Positions 21,584 to 36,500 of a stretch of 64,000 nucleotides of DNA are shown here, piece by piece. A program made the position numbers and the translations under genes. Source of the stretch: Styela clava (lineage: Eukaryota); NCBI RefSeq assembly GCF_964204865.1, contig NC_135254.1, positions 10,230,001 to 10,294,000 on the forward strand. The letters are read 5' to 3'. How positions within the stretch are numbered: position 1 is the stretch's first letter; every line of letters begins with the position of its first letter. The notes under the pieces were generated by a model, which did not search any database, was not told the DNA's origin, and saw only the letters and a list, made by a program, of their open reading frames with translations.

Positions 21584-24500
21584 ATGTTAACAATATGTTT
21601 AAGCCTACTCTGCGTTTTCCTGTTTATTGAACACGGTAAGTGAAGTTTTATTTGCATTATTCCATGTCATTGCGTTATGTAAGAGCCGTTCTTTGTGACC
21701 TGGACGTCACCGATTGCACAGTAGCATTTATTAACAGTTCAATAACGAGGTCTTTTTAAACCCGAAGTTAGTATCCTCACAATCACACAACTTGAGGTAT
21801 ACAGTTGACACGGTTATCGTGATACAAACATAAACAAAATCAGCACAAATTATTAATATTAATTACATCGACTCGTGAAGCGTATTCGAATTTATGGGCA
21901 CAATGTATTTTACCTAATATTGTAAAAATAAATATGTAATTAATACAATAGTATACCAAAATCCTCGAATGCAATTAATCACCAAGTCTAACCAGTTTAC
22001 CACTAAGTAACTTGTAACCTTGAATACAGAAAGAGATACAAATTATAACATTCCGAATTTGTCCGCTATTCCAGGCTTGAGATATCCGTAGTCGATCATA
22101 AAACCGTCAAAGAAATCTAATCAAAACAATCAATTAACTGTGAAATTATTCACAAAGATAGGCTAATTCAAACTAAGGTCCATTTAGAGCAGGGGTCACC
22201 AACCCATTGCCCGCGGGCACCAAGTCGCTAGTCTGTTTAAAACGACTCAAATAACGGTGCTTATCAGTAAGCTACATCTATTAATTTTATTCTTGTAATT
22301 CTTGTTTAAACCTTGTATAAGAAAAGGAAATGACAATATATTAATAAGTGACCTCGGTAATGTCACGTGTCGTTCCAATTATGACATCACACACACAAGG
22401 TCAGCTGGATCTATGCGTGTCATCCATTTCTAACCATTTTTGATGGAACTTGGACATGTTAAGCATTGTTGAGCAACGTTCAGCCCTAATGCGGGACAGA
22501 TGGAGCTTAAAATTGTAACACTGCTAAATGACCTCCACCTCAAAGCCAATCAGACCTGTCACATTTTAGGGCTCTAGTTTACACAGAAAGTGCCGTGGTG
22601 TATGAACAGCAGCTTCGATGGTCACAAGCTTGTTTGGTTCAACCTATCTTTGTAAATCAGACTTTTATTATATGAACTTCATCAAGAACAAACACTGAAC
22701 ACACCTCACCAATGAACATATGCAAGACTCACTTAGATTTTCGGTGTCAGGTTGCGAACCAGATAAAACACAATATCAGGTTTCCCAAGTAGCCTACTGA
22801 GGAGGAATACACCAAATTTGGTCTTGGTTGGAAATATGACATTCATTATTTGTCAAATGTGTTGGTAAAATATAACATTCAATAGCACAACTAATGTTGA
22901 TAGTTTCATGACTAATTAACATTATGAGTGTCCCCTTGGCTAAATCCCATTAATATCAAATTGGCGTTTCAGAATATTGCTCTTAGCTTAGTCTGTACTC
23001 AGAAAGTAGCCCGCTTCTTTATAAAGGTTGGTGACTCCTGATTTAGAGTAACTCGAATCAACGTATTCAATCGTGCCTAGTGTCAAACGGATCTTTATGT
23101 CAAAACAGTAAGCAACGACTGGACAGGCAATCGCTTTCGAAGTCTCCTCAATTATTTCATAATGAAGTGAAATTTGAAAATATGAAGTGAAGTGTGAAAT
23201 TCGCGGTCACACTTTTTATCATTGAACATCAATCATTTCACTCTAATAAACCTTATTTATCCAATGGCTACCTTAGCTTATATTGTTTCCGCCAATTCAT
23301 TTTCGAGTTGAATTACAATGGAAAATTTTGCGGAACATGCTGTGAGTAGTATTACTAACAATGCTCAAGAATCACCAATTTTTGAAAAAAATGAGGGTGA
23401 CTGCCTATATAAAACTATAAAGTTATAAACCATATATTGGAATATATTGGAAAAAGTAGAATTAGGTATCAAAGATCTAAAAAGTGTATTCAGATAAATC
23501 TTCATAGTCGTTAGCAACAGCTAATTTTTTCTGAAACCAAATATACCCATAGTTTTTATTTATCATCGTATCAATATTTTATCGGTGGAAGAATTATTTC
23601 CAAACTATTCCACAAAATCATCTTCTCTCTCAATAATATTGCAAAAAAAATTTAGTTCACTGCTCGTTATCAAACCTTGATTAAGTCCTTGATTACTTGA
23701 TTAAGTCTATATTATTAAGCCATGTCATCGGCTTACCTGTCCGCTGGGTTAAAATTCGAATCCTGTCCCTTTACTCTGTCGCAGCCAAATTGACTATAAA
23801 GTGTTATAGTCACTTTGGTCGCAACGTATCAATAACGTACCGTTATTCTACTCTGCCAAACAAAGCGCAGTTCTGCGAACGAATCAGATGTGCGTGGAGT
23901 CGTAATTTTTGAAAACCAAATTTTGGTTAAAGACCTTGCGTACATCATGTCAGGGGATACTGAAAGATTCAGTCTAAAGGGAATTATAGTTAATCGTTAT
24001 AATTTTTTTACTCCACATCGATATATAACATATTTTATGTCTTTTCGTGCAACCGTTTAATTCATACAGTGCATTTCATCTTTTATGAATTTGGTCACTG
24101 ATTTAAATAACAAAAAAGATGCTCGTAACCAGGATGTTATGTTTTTTTTATTTTAAATACTTATGATGGATATTTGGTATTTTTTGTTTTTTAAAAATGT
24201 CCTTTTTTTTTCAAAATATTTATTTTGAAATGTTTTGGTGTTTCATTAACTTTTTAAGCTATTAACCTGAATCAACAAGCGTTTTAGGTGTCGCTGCCTG
24301 AAGACCCCTTGAGGTCCCTCGCGACTCCTGTCACACAATTTAAGTTAGTTTCCACTTGTATTTGTAATTATTTTTTTTATATATCATACCATGTTTAAAT
24401 TGTGTTGACGAATAAATGATGATTGATTGAAACCCCTAATCCAACATTCTTACCCATGAAAATAAACTACTTTTAACGCAGGAAGATGCCAAGCATCAAT

Positions 24501-27500
24501 GTGTGATACTGAAGGACGATTTACGTGTGAGGACGGCGTTTGTATATCAAGAGCCAGGGTATGCAATGGAGTAAGTGACTGTCGTCGTGGTGAAGATGAA
24601 TCGAATTGTGGTAAATTATTTCACGAAATCAATAGAAATTGATTCAGAATCGTAATAGTGAATCCAGTGTGCTAATTTTAGAATATAATTCTCTTTAAAA
24701 GAACTAATAATTTGCCACAAAAGATCATCCCAGTTTATTAGTGTTACCCAGAAATTTCACTTCAATTAAACACTTTAATCACCTCGTTCACGCGTTTAGT
24801 CCCGTTTCTAGCGCTCTTCAAGTGCGTTGTATTACGTGCAGTCTTTTCTTGTTTGGTTGTGTCAGGAGTATTTTGTTTTTTACGTTCAAGAGTTGTATAA
24901 TATTTGTCCTTACAGGCGCAGCGCTTGATTATTTTACCACCATATTTTATTTTCTAGATATAGTAAGGTCCATCTGCTATAGAAATTACGATTGGTGGTT
25001 TTCAAACGGATATCATTGCAAGAAAGATTGTTCATCGACTTGGAGATGCAAAGGTCTACTGAAACAATGTATATGCGATGATGAGTGTGGATTAAGTTGC
25101 ATCAATCCTAGTAAGATATTCCATTAATTTTCAAAATAAAAAATAATGACTAACAATCATAACTACTATATATATTCAGCAAAAAAAAAGCAAACGATTC
25201 ACTAAAGCTCATAATACTAATCCAAGTTACCAATTTATTAGTGCAAATTGCGCAAAGGAAGAGTCTTTGAAAAACTTCTGTTCTTTAATTCAAGAACACG
25301 ATTCGTGATTGTGGGATGAAAAAGAGTTTTGTAACAAATTTGTGGATGCCTCGTGGGTGCTTGGTATTTAAGGGCATCATCACATTGCGTCAAGTAAAAG
25401 CTATGAATAAAATGTTGAGTAAATATGTTGTTCATAATATGGTTTTTAATGTAGTTATTATTGAGTAGACATGTTCCAAAAAGTCTGCGAATGCCGTTTG
25501 ATATAGGCGTAGGAGAAACGATAATGTCATATGATTTTCCATCAGTTATTATTGTATTGTATTGCTATATTTGTGACGCAAGTAGCATCATCATTTGTTG
25601 TGATGAAGTATGCCACATCTGACTAGAAATTTGTAGTAAATCAACCAATTTAGACATACATTCATCAGAGAATTTGAATATTGAAATATCAGAACAAAAT
25701 TGGGAAAATATAATTACTCCATGAAGCGACAAAGCAATCATGATAGCGTAACAGATAATATAAAAGTAACAAAAAACACATGAATCTTTAAATGAGGCCC
25801 CAGGTTTCCGATTTTTACCCATAAATAGTAGCACATTACAATACGTTATATATCAGTGGCAGCCCGCATCTGCCCTTATTTGGGACCAAAGAGGCCTGCG
25901 AGTATTAAAAATATTGAAAAATGTGAGTTAGTAGTTCCTAAAGTGCACATGTCATACTTTGTTATAGGTTCAATATGTGAAGATGATCCACCCACTGTTG
26001 AGCACGGTGGGTACTGGAACATCAGACGTACAATTTGGAGTGGTGGATTAAAACACTTAGAGATTGTCGATCCAGTCGAACCTCCTTACTACTTGTGGGA
26101 CATGGTAACTTACAAATGTGAACCTGGACGACGTTTAGTTGGTCCGCTACCGAGATGCAGTGGGCATCGACGTTGGACCAATGAACTTCCGGTGTGCGTA
26201 GGTACATATAAAATATACACTATAATGCAGCTATGGCATAATGAAAAGTAAAACGGTTAAAGGTGTTGTCTCTTATTTATTGGAATTTGCACATTTTTGC
26301 GGAAGATTTTTCATCACTCATTTACAACCAGAGGGTAATAATGCATGACTTAACAACATGGACATCTGGCTAACTCGTTCACTTCTCTCCATGGCCGTTC
26401 TTAGAAAAATTTATGCGCCCATTGTCCATTACATTTGTATTATTATTTTTTCACTGTGGCAAGTTTACGAGATTGTCATACAGTGAAACATACATCGTTA
26501 GCCTATATCTTAACCTACGTGTAGTGGTACTCCGAAGTGCATCTGAAATAAATTATGAACAGAGAAAAAACACAGAATTATAATAGATTTCCGAACTATC
26601 GATATTCTTGATTTTTGAGAATAATGAAAATCAAATTTCAACTTATAGTTCGACATCAATCGTACAAAAATTGCAAGAATTAAAAGTAAAAATAAATTAT
26701 TGGAAATCGTACAACTATGTTTTCATTACCTGCGTTTTTCTTTTATCAGATGAGTCATGTCGGGATCCTGTCCCAAGTGTGAACAATTCAATATACTATC
26801 GATATTTGAGACCATCTGAAGGGACAGTGCTGCCAGTTTCAAATAAGTTAATTCCTCTTATCAATGACGTAGTTGAATACAAATGTGAGGAAGGATTATT
26901 GCTCACAGGAGAACCTCCAAAATGTCTTAAAAATAACACGTGGTCAACTCACACTGCACGATGTGCTGGTATGAATTTTAAGTTCATCTGATGTGATATT
27001 TTCCAACACTTGTGTTTAAATCTGGTTATAATAATTTTAACGTATGGATAAGGAAAATTGAAATTTTTATACAAAAATATTCATCTACGTACTGATTTAT
27101 ATTAAAAAATTGTCTATACAAAAGTAAAACCATAAAAAACTGCAGGGTTTGATACCTTTGGACTAATTTGTAGTGTTTTTATTAGTTCAATGTTGAGTTT
27201 CTGCAATGATTAACTTGATGCTCTGTGGAACGTTCTGCGTTCAATCACGTTATATAAATTATTGAACTTTTCCAGTTCCATGCTTTGAGGGAGTTGACCA
27301 TAATTTGATATCAAAATATGGTTTGACATGTGGAAGTAGTTGTCTTGCTACCGCAGATTGTGACTCGGGAATGGAATGCTTTTGCGACGGACCTTGTTCC
27401 CGAGTTTGTGTTGACCCAAGTGAGTAATATTTATATCACTTCTATCAGGGACTTTTTATGGCACTCGGTTTTATGATATTATGTTATTTATCATAAAATG

Positions 27501-30500
27501 CAAAGTAGCATCTAGTTCTCGTATAACCCCTAAAACAGGCTGCAGATGCACTTCCAAAAAAGACAGGCGTTGCGAGAAATGAACAGATCAATTTCATTGT
27601 TATGTCATAAATGATGCCAGGCCCAATATCTGAATAACTGTACACAGCGGTGCATACATGCGTACAAAATTAGAGTTTTTGAAAATTACCATACCGGCCC
27701 GAAAATCAACATTTTGAATATGAGCGATCGCAGCCCGCCCTGACTGTCCAACTGACGGTACATTATAATAATTTAGTTATTGTTAGATTAATTTAAGGCC
27801 GGTTTTATCAATTTTTATCACTGATATGTTAGCATTTTAGCCTCCGCGTGGCGGGTCACAAATAAAACGCGGTGGGTCACTTTGTGACCCGCGGATCAGT
27901 GGTTCGCCATCCCTGCTATATAGTATAGTACTACAGTATATCTTATTTAATAAGTAATCACCAAAAGTCTTCTAAATTATACGGAATCGAATTCCCTAAA
28001 ATGGCCTTTATCTGCCAACATACATTCAGTCGACGGGCTATCTAATTCTTCGATATAGAACACAATTTATTTTTTTGTAAAAAGAAGTCGGATGCGATAA
28101 TAAAGCTTTTTCAAAATTTTTTCTTGATTTCATATTTTTCAATTGGGTCATCAACTTCTGGCGACCTTTGAACTAGAAAAAAAGAAAGTAGACTGAGCGC
28201 TTCATAGATAATTATTTTAAAATAATTCTAGACATGATTACTATACCGTACAAGTATTTTAGAATATTTTCTAATTTCTACTACGATTTTTATTCTAAGT
28301 TGTATACGAATTGACAAGTCACAGTTGTTTAATGTGTACAAAAATAACTATGCTACTTCTTCGTATACTTAAATAACTTTTCAGATATTGAGTGTGGCGA
28401 GGCATCCTTTGTAGAATATGCCAGCATTAATTATACTGGATCGTCAATACGTAAAGTTGCCAGGTATTCTTGTGATTACGGCTATTACATGGCATATGGA
28501 TCTCCTTCTCTTTACTGTTCCGGATCAGGATTATGGATTGGAAATGAGCCTATTTGCATGCGTATGTATAGTTACAACGTTCATTCTATCAAATGACAAT
28601 ATAAAAAACATAAAAAGTAATCTAATAAAAAATATAAAATTATTTGTTAATAAATTCGAGCGCGATTCATTTTTTTGATGAATCTATGTTATTCCCGTTA
28701 CAGGAAACTTACCCTTATGATAGATAATTCATCTTTAATGCACAGTTATTATTTTACAATCATTCAAATATATATTTAGAAGTTTTAAAATGCTCCCAAA
28801 GTCGAATTATTTTCATATTTAAGCTGTACAATGTGGTGATCCTAGTACGAGTATACAGGAGACCAGGGGATCAATCAGATATTACGGTGGAACAGATGTT
28901 GGTTCAGTAATGAAATTCCGATGTCATGGAAATGATAAAATGCTTGGAGCAGAACATAGAACTTGTTTAGGAAATGGTAAATGGAGTGGACCACTGACAA
29001 TTTGTGATACACGAGGTAAAGAAAAAATTGTATGCAGTATTCATTCAAAAAGGCCAGGGTCGCGACTTGTTACAAAACATGATATACACTGTAAACAAAC
29101 ATAAATACATGTAAATGTAATCGAATCATTTACATTGTTACTAACTTTAAATGTAGCTATGTACTTGAAGGCCATTTAATTGAGTATAAATAAATTAAAT
29201 ATTGCAGATAAAGAACTTCGGTGCCCTCATCCCGGAGTTCCAATAAACGGTAGACTTATAGGAGATGATTTTTCAATCGACTCCACAGTCAGATTCGGCT
29301 GTGATCGCGGTTATGTTTTATACGGAGATCAAGAACAAACATGTTTATGGATAAAAGAATGGTCTGGAGCTGGCATAGCTCCTACCTGCGTCGGTAACAT
29401 TTATTATGTTGATACACCCTGCACGTCTGCTTAGCAAATGTCATATCTATTGCAACTCATGCATATTCATATTATTTTAACGAAAAATATCTAAGTTTGA
29501 AAGGCTAGTTCAGGATGGCTGATCAAATCTGTGTCATAATAATAATCTTATGTAACAAAAGAAATACTGTGTTTCATTTTCATTCACGAATCTCAAAGGG
29601 TAATTTTTATAGCAGAATTTTTTCCATTTTGGTTTCATCATTATAGATCCTCGGTATCCACATACTGCCGACGACGTGATGGGATCTTTGACAAGATCGT
29701 TAGCCAATCTTCCTGATCAACAAACAAGTCTTGGGCGATCTATCAGCGACGATATAACTGAAGGACAAGAAATTTACCTCGTGTTCGATGTTTCAGAAAG
29801 CGTCTTGAGCCGAACGAAAGATTTCGAATATCAAATGGAATTTGCAAAACGACTTGTTAAACGAGTAAATCAGATTTGGGTTGAAATAAATTCTAATCTA
29901 AATTATATTAACAAAATTTAGCATTTTCAGTGTATTTCGATCTAAAACTAAGAAAATAACTCTGAGTCATTGTAATCAGTAATGTGGCTTTTCATGTACA
30001 TTTTCATTATATTTATTGTGATTCTATTTTCATCACATTTGCTTTGATTTTCAATTCAGATGGACGGATTCAAAGGAAATATAATGTTTGGAATAATGGT
30101 TTTTGCCTCATCAAATGTCACGGTACTCGATATTACTAAAATGGGAAATGAACGGAGGAATACAACATACATATTAGAAACACTAGACAAACTCTACGCA
30201 GAAGGTACTTATATCAATATATGGAAATATCGATATCAGTAGATTGGGTTTTTTTAAAAATTTCGATTTATATATATATTTATAGTTTTTGAATAGATCT
30301 GGGCCTAAGGCATTAAATTTGCTACAAAATTTTTAACCTGGCTTTTTCTTTCTACAAATGTGGAATCTGAAATGTTAAAAAAAGTTCTCAATTTTTAAAA
30401 ACCAATATTTTTACTTTTCAGCCACCAACAACAAATACAAAGAAAGAACAAAATCTGGAACAGCAACTGCCCATGCGCTATCAAAACTCAGAGGTGTTAT

Positions 30501-33500
30501 GTCATTTATGAGACAGGACAAAGAAAATGCTAATAATAAAAGACATTGTTTTATTTTTACCGACGGTAATGCAGTATGTTGAATCAATATTAATTTAATG
30601 ATTTTTTGTATCAGTAAAAATACAGTTGGAAAAATAATCATTAAATAAATTTTCAATGAAAACATACCCATGGTATTTTTGTATTTTGCAGGTAAACATA
30701 CGGAAGGAACTGATCCCGTTGAATTACGAAATAACATAGAATCTGAATTCCAACCGAATATTGAGGTATCATTAAGGTCTACAGCAGTAGTCGGCAAATT
30801 TCATGTACTACTGGGCAAATGTACAAACCGACGGCAGAGAGCGAACCGCAATAATTCCCACTTATAAATAAATGCTGCAATAAACTTCAAGTTATGACGC
30901 AACCGTCACATCCTTTTCTGTGGTATTAGAATTAACAGTAAGCACGTTCTGCAAGTAAACGTCATACAACCGATGTGCTTTTGCTCAAGTTAATTACTAA
31001 AAAACAAACGCCGTTAAACAGCCGTGATTAGGAACACACATACACACAAGTTTTCTTAAATTATATTGAAACCTAATCAGATTTAACAACAAACTACTCA
31101 CTTAAAACCTACTCTTTGTTGGAATTACAATTCAAGAGGTGGTTTGAGTATCTATGTGTTAACATCTGATATGTTCGAAGTGATTTTTCGTTAGATAAAC
31201 GTTTTTCTCTTTCGATTAATAGAAATCCTAGCTTCGAAACGGTGTCTTATTTCGTTTTTTCCAGTTTTACAGCATAACAGCATGTCATGATTGTAATGAT
31301 GTTAACAGTCAAACAGAATTAGTTGGACTCTCGTCAAAAAATGGAGACAACTATATTTATATAAAAGATTACTATCAACTTTCAAGTTATCTTGATAAAG
31401 TCACGGATGTAAAATTGGGTAAAAATTAATTTATTATTTTTCCAGTTAATTTCAGATTAGTCAGTCAGTCAGTTCATTTAAAAAAAAAAATGTTATCAAC
31501 AGGAGGTCCGTACAGTACATGTTTCTGGCACGATTTAAATTTTACAGAGGTTACTAATAAGTTTTTTGGATTTAATTGTAATAGTAGTGCTTTAACATAA
31601 GTTCATTTGACTTTTTTTTTTTAAATATTGGCCAATATTATATTCCGGATGCCGGGGTATCTCTAATTATCTTGCTTTGATATAATTCAGGTAACGCGGC
31701 TAATTATTTGTTTGAAAATTATAATTTCACAGATTTTGCAAAATGTGGCCAAGCTGGCAACGTTAAAAGCATAAAGCAACAAGCTAGTTTAGCAAGATCA
31801 ATAGGCAGTGAACAGGCGGCCGAAAATGCCTGGCCCTGGCAAGCTTTGATTACTAAAAAATTACGAACACAGGAGAAGGTGAGATAAGAATTGTACTGGA
31901 AGATATTGTGCATATGTATTTAATTAGCAATTAACAAACGCCATTGCGTAGTCACCTGTATAAATGTTGAAATAAAGATAACAATAAAACAAGGGGTCGT
32001 GGTTATGCAAAGATAATGAATATCATGATTAATCCATGAATTTCTCTTCTATCAAAAATATGCACGCATGCAAGTTTTAACACGCGCATAAAAGTTGTGA
32101 TTAAGATTTTGCGTTCGGCTAACCAATTCACGTCTGTGATTGGTGTCTCTGAACCTTTGGGTTATCAAGGTTAAGGCTTTAGTTTGAAATTCGCTTGTAA
32201 AATTTAAATTGATATTAATATTCTAACTTTCTGCAAGATCTCTTAATCGGTTGATACTATTTCTTTTTATTTACTTTTATTTATTAAGACATTGCAGAAA
32301 GGAATGTTGGGCGGAGGTTCAATTTTGAATGGAAACTGGATACTAACGGCAGCCCACTTACTTGGTATGCAATCGCATATCCATAATTGGTTGGAGGCTT
32401 ATGTGATATCTGTTGGTAAGATATTCAAACCTGTAACCTAACTCATGTGAATTGTACCTTGTTGCTTAGATCGGAAACCTAAATATTTGAATGTCAGATT
32501 TATCATTTATTTTATTTAATGCTGGTCGCCTACCGCTACTCCTGTATTGTGATTTGTATTGCTAAGGTATTTCACTTTGATGCAAAAATCTCAGAAAAAA
32601 CGAGTAATTTCAGATTATAACATCGAATTAAAATAGCCAATAGAAACTGATTCAAATTGTTTCAGGATTATATTTAAAATATTTTAGTGTACAATTACTT
32701 TTCATTTCTTCTGCCTAAATCTCCTGAAACAACTAGAAAATTGGCTTGTGTTTTTCATTTAATCTTAATGCATTTCATTTTATATATATGCATTTTTTGC
32801 GATGTAGTATATCAGTAGATTATATACATATAGAAATATTATTAAAACTAAACGTGTGGACAAAATGCCGAACAAATTTAATCAATCTATGAATCAATTC
32901 GTCATAGCTACCTAAATAAATGCTAAGTAAACAAGCGGGCAATGCACCGATAGATAATCCTGTCACAATCAATTGTTTAGCATTCAGTCGTTATAATTAT
33001 TCAACACTAAATCCACGTGGTGTAAGTATCACACCAATTCAACATTTAAAATAGATTAGAATAGTAGCCCAAGTAAAATCGATTCTTTCTCAAATAAACC
33101 AACAGCAGCAATGATTTAGCAAAACGAAATGTATTTTTGTTATTGGATTCCAATGTCCAGTAATGAAATTCTCACAATTTCAAAAAATGGCGCTGATTTT
33201 GGTGCAACAGGTTGACACGTGGTAACACGAAAATTCATTTGAAAAGGTTTTCAGCAATAACAACGTCTTCTATACTCGATTTTATATCGATCCAAAAGCG
33301 ATTCTTATCCACGTAAAATATCAAAAAAGATCAGTTAGGTTTAAACTCATTTTTTGTCTATAAACCTATACATAATTATACAATATATATCATTCAGGTA
33401 TATTCAATCGACTGACTGATGGAATGCATAGAATTAAATCTACTATCAAAATGTATGGAATTGCCGAGTACATTCCCCACGAAGGATATGTTGGCGGGGA

Positions 33501-36500
33501 AAATTTTGAACACGACATCGCTTTAGTAAGAGATCGCTTGGTGTTATGAAGACTATAAATTATGTGTTCAGTTATCAATGAACCATTAAAGTAATAAGTA
33601 ATGGCACTACTTTTTTGAGATTCATAAAAAGTGTTTAGAAAAAAACGTGGTCCGTTAACTCGGAATATGTCGAAATCTAGTATAAAGTCGACTTGATGAT
33701 GTCTCGAGAAAATCGTAGATAAAAATTTCATGAATGGGAGTAGTCTCAATAAAAATTTCTATAAGTTAAAATAGTTCACTTTCCAGATGAAAATCGGATT
33801 CGAGTTTAATTCAAAAATGGAGCCCACAGGTGTCAATCAGTTAACATTTGGATACTATATTCGTCCCATATGTCTCCCTTGCACTGGAACATGCTTGAAA
33901 AAAGAACAATTGGTCGATGACAATGGAGTACCATTGATAAACGATGAAATGAGCGCAGAACAGAAATGTTTGAAAGAAGGTTTCACTTTTTTTGGGGGGG
34001 GATTATTTAATTATCAATGCGCCGAGTAAATCAATCCTTTTTGGCTTAGTGTTGTAATAAAATGAATATTTAAGTCAACGGTGCGAGTTTTGTAAAAATT
34101 GAACTACATAAAACATTACCGTTATCATAATCTGTATTATTTGATTGATACAATATTAATATAATTTATTTTTTAAATCACTGCCAATCAAAATTGAGAT
34201 TTTAAATTGCTAGTTAGAAATTTGAATCTGGTAAAAAGAATTTGATCGTTGTTTGGATAACTGTTCATGTAATATGTATAATAGAGGAACTACTACATGA
34301 TAATAACGCAAAAGTTGTCGCAACCGGATTTGGAAATATGAAACAGAGTGATACTTCAATAAAAGAGGAAGACTTGAACTTATCACAAAAACTACTACAA
34401 GCTTTGCTACAGATACAAAATAGAAGCATGTTAGTAATACCTTTTTTAAATGAATGTGTTATTCAACGTCCGAGCGATCAAAGGTTTGTACTTACGTCAA
34501 CGAAATTGTGTGCATTGTCTCGGTGAGGATGTCATGGTTTTGAGTGTTTGTCACGGTTTTCAATAACTAATATAACTAGAATTCGGTTGGAAACCGATGA
34601 CTTATCGATCGAAGGTTAGGGGATCCCCCAAAACAGTGGTCTTACTCTATAGTGACACCGTGTGTCCCATCACTAATTAAAAAATAACTCACTAATCATA
34701 CGACATAATCCATCCAAAATCAATAGGCTTCTGATCCGAGCTAAGATGAATGCACATGCAAAATTTGGAGCAGATTGAACCTCGCTTTCGTGAGATATCG
34801 CGTGCATCTAACACACAGACATATAGACAGACAAATAACTATCAACATACTTACCGATCAAGATCGATAAGTAACAATGGGGACCATAAAAGCCAACATT
34901 GTGAGTCATTCCTGTAGACTCATAGCACAGCAGGTATCTAAAAAAAATCAATCTTATGTAGTACCCTAGTACGCATATTATAATAAACTCGATTTACATA
35001 AATTCTATCCACTTCACTTCCCGTAAAACATAATTTACAATTCTTATCACCGCATCTACAGCATCACTATGCATTATATATCGCTGGACTTCAAAACTGG
35101 AGTTCGTCATTCACCAGATCGTTTTGGATGATTTGCTCACTTTGTACAAATGACCCCTTTGAATAAGGATTCCTGCAATATATTAGTGCTTTATATGTTT
35201 CTCGATTAATGCGGAAGATTGTAGAAACCAAAGCGCTCTGATTTAATGGGGTATTTTGATATTGTACATTTTGTGCAAAGTTTTGATGTTTTAGGTTAAT
35301 TAATTATTTCAAAGTTTGAGGTTCAAATTATTATCTCAATTAGGATTTCTTTTTTAACGTTGTATTTCATTCAGTACGAGAGAAACATTAAAACTTGATT
35401 TTGTATTATTTCAAGCTAAACTGAAAAATTGTTTTCGGAATAGACGTTTTCTGGATTTTTCTCGAGTAGACCTGAAACAATTGGTACACCCTTTCCGTTC
35501 AACAAAATGTTATGTCGCAGTGTTACGGATATTGTAAGCCTAATATCCACTCCTCAAGCGCAAAAAAGACGACTATAGATTGAAATTTTTTATCAGAGAC
35601 TAAACGATAAAATTTATTGTTTGTGGAGGAGACCTAATTGTTTGGTCATTCTTCTCGCATCTGATAAATGATTTATGATAAACAAACAAAAACATTTAAA
35701 AATTATTATTTAATATGGTCAGAAAAATGTCGACAATACTCTAAACGAATTCATTTCGATATTTTAAATTGTACAAAACGTCCGATCAAATATTCAGCTA
35801 TCATGGACTGTTTTTGTATTGTATCTTCTTATAACAGACAATAAAATAAAAGATTTGAAAAGCGTCTAATTTTAACTTGATTTTAACTTGAGTTTTTGCA
35901 TAATGAAAAGGGGTTCTGCAGACCTCAATCATTTTGCATATATTTCAGATGTGAAGAGATGGGAGAAGAGATGCGGAGAAAGGTAAATTCAACCACCTAC
36001 AATCTAGACAAAATGTTTTGCTGCAAGTCTGGAAACAGAAATAGAAAAACTGATGCTTGCCAGGGAGATAGCGGCGGACCTGTTGTGCGAGAGGTAGGCA
36101 AGTTATTTTCATAATAGGCTACACTGGGTATTCAAATATTGTTGGCAATGAAGTCACATCTATGACAGAGATACAACAATATTCAGATAACAATGTTCAG
36201 TTGTATGCGCGGCGATGGAAATTGAAACGCGTATGTGTAAGTTTTTAGATTTTAGACATTTGTCATAAGTAACAAAACGCTTTCGCGAGAAATCATAACC
36301 TAATAAAATGAGCTTAATCATCAGCAAAACACCAAAGGGCAGGATAACAATATTTCTCGTGGACTGGAAAAAATACTACGCGGACCCAACCGTTGATCTA
36401 TATTCTATATAATCACTAGTGAAGGTCTATGTCAAATTTCACAAGGTCATTTCTCCTCTGATTCAACGCTACAACTTTCCGGAAATATCGTTGATTAATG

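Noticed and set aside
30411-33749. Longer antisense ORFs (30411-30797, 33390-33749; likewise 52562-52942)
   Set aside because: They are shadow frames opposite genuine Bf exons.
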